Origin: an uncultured Candidatus Saccharibacteria bacterium
GTDB taxonomy: Bacteria > Patescibacteriota > UBA1384 > CAILIB01 > JAUSJZ01
Assembly (NCBI GenBank): GCA_964421635.1
Contig: CAYQWZ010000006.1
Coordinates: 165-64,164 of the forward strand
Reading direction: 5' to 3'
DNA length: 64,000 nt
Positions 59,336 to 64,000 of the stretch are shown piece by piece (the stretch's first letter is position 1; each line of letters opens with the position of its first letter). The notes beneath the pieces are model-generated. The model saw only the letters and a list, made by a program, of their open reading frames with translations. It was not told where the DNA came from and ran no database searches. The position numbers and the translations under genes are program-made.

Positions 59336-60481
59336 ATGCATCTCTCTATATCTGATGTTGATGTTGCGCTTAAGCCTGTCATTTACCGAGTCGATTATAA
59401 CGAACCGGTGAAGGATGGCGTTGTTTTGAGTGATTTTCGTATTCGCGCTACGCTGCCAACACTTGATTATTTATTAAAGAACAAAGCCAAAGTAATAATT
59501 TTATCTCATTTTGGCCGACCTATGGGGCGGTTTGATCCGAAATACAGTTTGCGACCAATTGCTCAACATTTGATGAGTTTTTTTGATAAAACGCAAATAC
59601 AGATATCTGATGGAATTTTCGGCGATCAAATTTTGCAATCCTTAAGGTCTATGAAGCCAGGAAGTATTTTCTTTTTAGGCAACACCCGTTTCTTTCCTCA
59701 AGAAGAGAACAACGATTTTGAATTTGCTATGTCTATTTCTAAAATGGGGGAGATTTATGTATCAGACGCTTTTGGTGCATCGCACAGAAAACACGCCACT
59801 ACTACGCAGCTGCCAAAAATTATGGAGTCTTACCCAGGAATGTTAATGCAAAAAGAGGTGGCGGCACTCGATAGATTACGCAATAATCCTTCAAGACCTT
59901 TTACAGCCATTATTGGCGGGGCCAAGTTAAAAACAAAACTGTCTTTACTGAAGTCGTTGTTGCCCAAGGTTGATTATATTCTAGCCGGTGGGGCGATGGC
60001 TAATCTGCTAGCCAAGAGTATGGGTAGAAATATTGGCGAATCATTTACAGATGACTCGTTGTTGGAAATAGCCAAAGAGATGATTGAAAAATCTGAAGGA
60101 AAAATTATTCTGCCTGTAGACTTTATGAATGAAGGACGGGGAGAGAAGTTTCGCTATGTTGATATTGGTAATAAAACCGTTGAATTATTTAAACAGTATA
60201 TTGCTGGCTCGAAGGAGATATTTTGGAACGGTACTATGGGAATCGCTGAAGAAGCTCGTTTTGCCAACGGCACCCGCGCAATATCCGATGCCCTAATCAA
60301 CGCCAAAGGGGCGACTACAGTGGCGGGGGGCGACACAGTTTCCTATATTGAACAGAATAACATTATAGATAAATTTGACTTTGTCTCTACGGGTGGTGGG
60401 GCGGCGGTCGCCTATATTGCCGGTGAAAAATTGCCTGGAATCGACGCACTAAAAACTTGGGATACAACGACTACTGCATAG
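59336..60481 (+). CDS. pgk: Phosphoglycerate kinase
   Basis: RVDYNEP, SHFGRP, DAFGASHR, GGAK, GGDT and STGGGA. Confidence 0.95.
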   Translation: MHLSISDVDVALKPVIYRVDYNEPVKDGVVLSDFRIRATLPTLDYLLKNKAKVIILSHFGRPMGRFDPKYSLRPIAQHLMSFFDKTQIQISDGIFGDQILQSLRSMKPGSIFFLGNTRFFPQEENNDFEFAMSISKMGEIYVSDAFGASHRKHATTTQLPKIMESYPGMLMQKEVAALDRLRNNPSRPFTAIIGGAKLKTKLSLLKSLLPKVDYILAGGAMANLLAKSMGRNIGESFTDDSLLEIAKEMIEKSEGKIILPVDFMNEGRGEKFRYVDIGNKTVELFKQYIAGSKEIFWNGTMGIAEEARFANGTRAISDALINAKGATTVAGGDTVSYIEQNNIIDKFDFVSTGGGAAVAYIAGEKLPGIDALKTWDTTTTA

Positions 60482-60538
60482 CTTGGCAAGTACTCTTAAA
60501 TCTGATAGAGTAAAGCACTGTAAACACTAAATTTAAGT

Positions 60539-61738
60539 ATGAAATCAAGCGCTAAAAAATTACCAAAAGCCAAATTTGAGTTATTAATTAAGGTTGCGGC
60601 CTCTGAGTTAGAAGAGTTTTTTGAGCAGGCTTTAAAAAAAGTTACTAATAAGCTATCTGTAAAAGGATTTCGCAAAGGCCGCGCTCCGCGAGATGTCGTT
60701 ATAAAAGAGGTAGGCCGCGCGGCTATTGAAAAAGAAGCTCTAGACTTGGCTATGAGCGATACTTACTTTTTGGCTTTGAAAGAGCATAAATTGAGCCCTA
60801 TTGCGCATCCGGCTATTGAAATTAAAAAATATCAGGCGGCTTCAAAAAATAAAGACGATATTGCATTAGAGTTTAAGGCAGAAGTAGTAGTCATGCCAGA
60901 AGTGAAACTGAAGAATATCGACAACATTAAGGTTAAAAAAATTGAGGCTCAAAAACCAACAGACGAGGAAGTGCAGAAAGTAGTAGACAATTTGCGTCGC
61001 CAAAAAGCCATGTACAAAGAAGTGAAGAGAGAAGCGCAAAAAGGCGACTGGGTAGATATTGGCTACAAGGGCAGCATTAATGGGGTAGAGCAAGAATCTA
61101 TGAAGAATAAGAATCATCCGGTCATATTAGGTGAAGGCTCATTAATTCCTGGTTTTGAAGAGAATATTATAGGATTAAAAAAAGGTGATAGCAAAAAATT
61201 TAAAATAAATTTTCCAAAAGATTATCATGCCAAAGATGTGGCTGGTAAACAGGCCCAGTTTGAGCTGCAGTTACATGAAGTAAAAGAAGTAGTCATGCCC
61301 GAGTATGACGCCATATTTACAAAAGATTTTGGCTACGACAAGCCAGACGAAATGCTAAAAGCTATTAAGGAAAATTTAGGAATTGAAAAAGAGCAAGACG
61401 CCGTAGCCCAAACGCAAAGTGCAGTAATGAAAGAGTTTGAAAAAAGAATTATTACCGAAATTCCTGACGAGATGAACAGCCAAGAAGTCGATCGAATGGT
61501 CGCTGAATTACAGCAGCGAGTTGAATCGCAGGGCCTAAAGTGGAATCAATATCTGCAATCCATTAAGCGTGATGTTGACCAAATTAAGAAAGACTTACTT
61601 TTGCAAGCTGAGCAAAATGTAAAGATAGGATTAGGCTTGGGCTCTCTAGTCAAAGAAAAAAATATTGAAATCAAGGACGAGAAGATGGTTGCCGCTCAAG
61701 CAGTTGAATGGCTCGTCAAACAGGCTACAACAAGCTAA
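60539..61738 (+). CDS. tig: Trigger factor
   Basis: GFRKGRAP and the FKBP segment LIPGFE...FPKDYH. Confidence 0.93.
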   Translation: MKSSAKKLPKAKFELLIKVAASELEEFFEQALKKVTNKLSVKGFRKGRAPRDVVIKEVGRAAIEKEALDLAMSDTYFLALKEHKLSPIAHPAIEIKKYQAASKNKDDIALEFKAEVVVMPEVKLKNIDNIKVKKIEAQKPTDEEVQKVVDNLRRQKAMYKEVKREAQKGDWVDIGYKGSINGVEQESMKNKNHPVILGEGSLIPGFEENIIGLKKGDSKKFKINFPKDYHAKDVAGKQAQFELQLHEVKEVVMPEYDAIFTKDFGYDKPDEMLKAIKENLGIEKEQDAVAQTQSAVMKEFEKRIITEIPDEMNSQEVDRMVAELQQRVESQGLKWNQYLQSIKRDVDQIKKDLLLQAEQNVKIGLGLGSLVKEKNIEIKDEKMVAAQAVEWLVKQATTS

Positions 61739-61765
61739 AATAAAGACAATAACTAATTTGTAGTA

Positions 61766-62350
61766 ATGTCTTATTTAATACCAACTGTTTTAGAGAAATC
61801 GCAATATGGTGAGCGGGCTTACGATATCTACTCGCGATTACTAAAAGATCGTATTGTCTTTTTGGGTGGTCCAATTTCTGACGATGTAGCCAACTTAATT
61901 ATGGCACAGCTTTTATTTTTAGAGAGTGAAGATGCTGAGCGCGATATCCAGCTATATATTAATTCCCCTGGTGGTTCAGTAACGGCTGGTATGGCAATTT
62001 ACGACACTATGGAATATATTAAGCCAAAAGTTTCCACTATTTGTATGGGAATGGCCGCTTCTATGGGTGCTTTCTTGCTGGCTGCTGGGGAGCCGGGTAA
62101 GCGCTACGCGTTGCCGCATTCTAAAATTTTAATCCATCAAGTAATGGGTGGGGCCGAAGGTCAGGCTTCAGATATTGCCATTCATGCGCAAGAGATTATT
62201 CGTACTAAAAAAGAGATGAACGAGTTGCTTGCCAAAATGACGGGCAAAGATTTAAAGGCAATTGAGAAAGATACTGACCGAGATAAATTTCTAACCGCCG
62301 CCGCCGCTAAAGAGTACGGAATTATCGACAAAGTTATTGCTAAAGAATAA
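61766..62350 (+). CDS. clpP: ATP-dependent Clp protease proteolytic subunit
   Basis: [24 protein letters not shown] and DRD. Confidence 0.97.
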   Translation: MSYLIPTVLEKSQYGERAYDIYSRLLKDRIVFLGGPISDDVANLIMAQLLFLESEDAERDIQLYINSPGGSVTAGMAIYDTMEYIKPKVSTICMGMAASMGAFLLAAGEPGKRYALPHSKILIHQVMGGAEGQASDIAIHAQEIIRTKKEMNELLAKMTGKDLKAIEKDTDRDKFLTAAAAKEYGIIDKVIAKE

Positions 62351-62370
62351 GCCGCCCCGAGGGGCGGCTT
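62349..62370. terminator. GC-rich hairpin between convergent genes
   Basis: aagccgccc-cgag-gggcggctt. Confidence 0.7.
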
Positions 62371-62395
62371 CTTGGTCGTCGAAATCGAACTTGGT

Positions 62396-62623
62396 TCATT
62401 GCGTCACTTCTTGTTTTGCTTGTTCAGGTTGCGTTTCTTCGTAGATGCGTTGGGTGTCGGTACTGCCTTGCTGATACCCGTCGCTGTGACCGATAGCGTA
62501 CATCTGTTTCCCGTACAAATGGGCGCCCACCATCATCAGCAGACCAATGAGTAGCACCAAGACCAGAACAAGGCTGGTGAATCTGCTGTTTCGTCGCTGC
62601 TGTTCCGCGTAGTTACGGCTCAT
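62396..62623 (-). CDS. Small single-TM protein, paralog of the neighbouring gene
   Basis: TM segment then MYAIGHSDGYQQG; SD AGGAG. Confidence 0.65.
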   Translation of the reverse strand: MSRNYAEQQRRNSRFTSLVLVLVLLIGLLMMVGAHLYGKQMYAIGHSDGYQQGSTDTQRIYEETQPEQAKQEVTQ

Positions 62624-62807
62624 GGGGATACTCCTGAGCTTCGATCACTCCTTGCTGGTAGCCACTTGCGTAGCCAGTCCAGTACATCTCGTGGCTGAGT
62701 TTGACAGCGAAGCCAAGCACCAGCCCGATGATGATTGTTCCCGCTACCAGTATTCTGGTAACGAGTTTAAGATTGCTTTGCAGCAGTGCTCGGTAGTCTT
62801 CGCTCAT
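62613..62807 (-). CDS. Small single-TM protein
   Basis: SD AAAGGAG precedes ATG 62807. TM segment then MYWTGYASGYQQG. Promoter TTGACA-N17-TAAATT at 62836-62864. Confidence 0.65.
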   Translation of the reverse strand: MSEDYRALLQSNLKLVTRILVAGTIIIGLVLGFAVKLSHEMYWTGYASGYQQGVIEAQEYPHEP

Positions 62808-63068
62808 GTTGCGCACTCCTTTCTCGAACGGGTATAATTTAACAAATAAACTGCTGTTTGTCAAGGTTGAATCTTAAATTAATTAAGGTGTTGACTCCCG
62901 TATATTATTATGGTTATATATTAAAGCACAGCCAGATTACTGCTGGCTTGTATTTAATTGAAACTGAAAAATTAGAAGTAGAAGAAATTACCATTTCTTC
63001 TGCAGTAAGAACCGTAAATTCTTTTTGAGCTTTAGGGTCTGATTGCACCATATACGCAATCGTTTTGT

Positions 63069-64000
63069 ATATTTAAGAGTTTGATCCTGGCTCAGGACTA
63101 ACGTTGGCGATGTGCCTAACACATGCAAGTCGAGCGGCCCTTCGGGGCAGCGGCAGACGGCTGAGTAACACGTCCGTAACATACCCCAAAGCGGGGGATA
63201 GCTCGTCGAAAGACGGGGTAATACCCCATGTGGTGTCACCATAATTTGGTGCCATTAAAGTATTTATACACTTTGGGAGTGGCGGGCGGCCTATCAGGTT
63301 GTTGGTGAGGTAAAGGCTCACCAAGCCTACGACGGGTAGCTGGTCTGAGAGGATGTACCAGCCAGACCGGGACTGAGACACGGCCCGGACTCCTACGGGA
63401 GGCAGCAGTTGGGAATTTTGCACAATGGACGAAAGTCTGATGCAGCAACATCGCGTGTAGGAAGACGCACTTCGGTGTGTAAACTACTTTTATTTGGGAA
63501 TAATTTTTTGAAGGTACCTTATGAATAAGCACCGGCTAATCTCGTGCCAGCAGCCGCGGTAATACGAGAGGTGCAAACGTTGTCCGGAATTACTGGGCGT
63601 AAAGAGTACGTAGGTGGTTTGATAAGTCGTTTATTAAAGATCAGGGCTTAACCCTGGGAATGTGAGCGAAACTGTCTTACTTGAGTTAAGCAGAGGTGTG
63701 CGGAACACTCGGTGAAGGGGTGACATCCGTTGATATCGAGTGGAACACCAAAGGCGAAAGCAGCACACTGGGCTTTAACTGACACTGAGGTACGAAAGCG
63801 TAGGTAGCGATCGGGATTAGATACCCCGGTAGTCTACGCTGTAAACGCTGCTCACTAGGCATTGGAAAGTATCGACCCTCTTTAGTGCCAAAGCTAACGC
63901 GTTAAGTGAGCCGCCTGGGGAGTACGAACGCAAGTTTAAAACTCAAAGGAATTGGCGGGGAGACGCACAAGTGGTGGAGCGTGTGGTTTAATTCGATGCT
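63069..64000 (+). rRNA. rrs: 16S rRNA, 5' part (truncated by the window end)
   Basis: AGAGTTTGATCCTGGCTCAG at 63076, then CCTACGGGAGGCAGCAG, GTGCCAGCAGCCGCGGTAA, ATTAGATACCC and AAACTCAAAGGAATT. The start position is approximate. Confidence 0.98.

Noticed and set aside
62988-63532. ORFs antisense to the 16S gene, and possible 16S introns
   Set aside because: The ORFs are rRNA shadows, and the spacing of conserved 16S motifs leaves no room for a large insertion in the visible part.

Overview
This is a 64 kb chromosomal window from a small-genome bacterium that looks like CPR/Patescibacteria. The inference rests on the gene set, a short EF-Ts, an archaeal-type ProRS, CPR-typical hypothetical proteins and a divergent 16S. 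The code is standard (TGA = stop). Most of the window is housekeeping: pcrA, rsmA, metG, tatD, mnmA, recG, comEA, miaA, ftsEX, ligA, gpmI, gatCAB, pyrG, prmC-prfA-rpmE, rpsB-tsf-frr-rseP-proS, uvrC, tpiA-pgk, tig-clpP, tRNA-Leu and the 5' part of a 16S rRNA. Small accessory inserts are scattered between these genes. Highlights: (1) an unannotated ~105-nt minus-strand small RNA between proS and a radical SAM locus. It has its own promoter and terminator and displays GGAUCACCUCCU, the canonical 16S anti-Shine-Dalgarno tail. In this genome many core genes look leaderless, while orphan cassettes carry strong SD sites. (2) A RiPP-like cluster with an uncalled 17-aa CxxC precursor, a radical SAM/SPASM enzyme, a C39-like peptidase and an unknown protein. 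(3) An inverted-repeat-bounded, integrase-free cassette at tRNA-Leu carrying a HEAT-repeat/methyltransferase fusion and a CYTH protein. (4) A DUF1566-type repeat protein whose 3' end resembles a DGR variable region. (5) A Bacillus-style pyrG attenuator, a circularly permuted M23 peptidase, two interrupted genes and several uncalled small ORFs. All calls come from reading the sequence and ORF track by eye; no searches were run.
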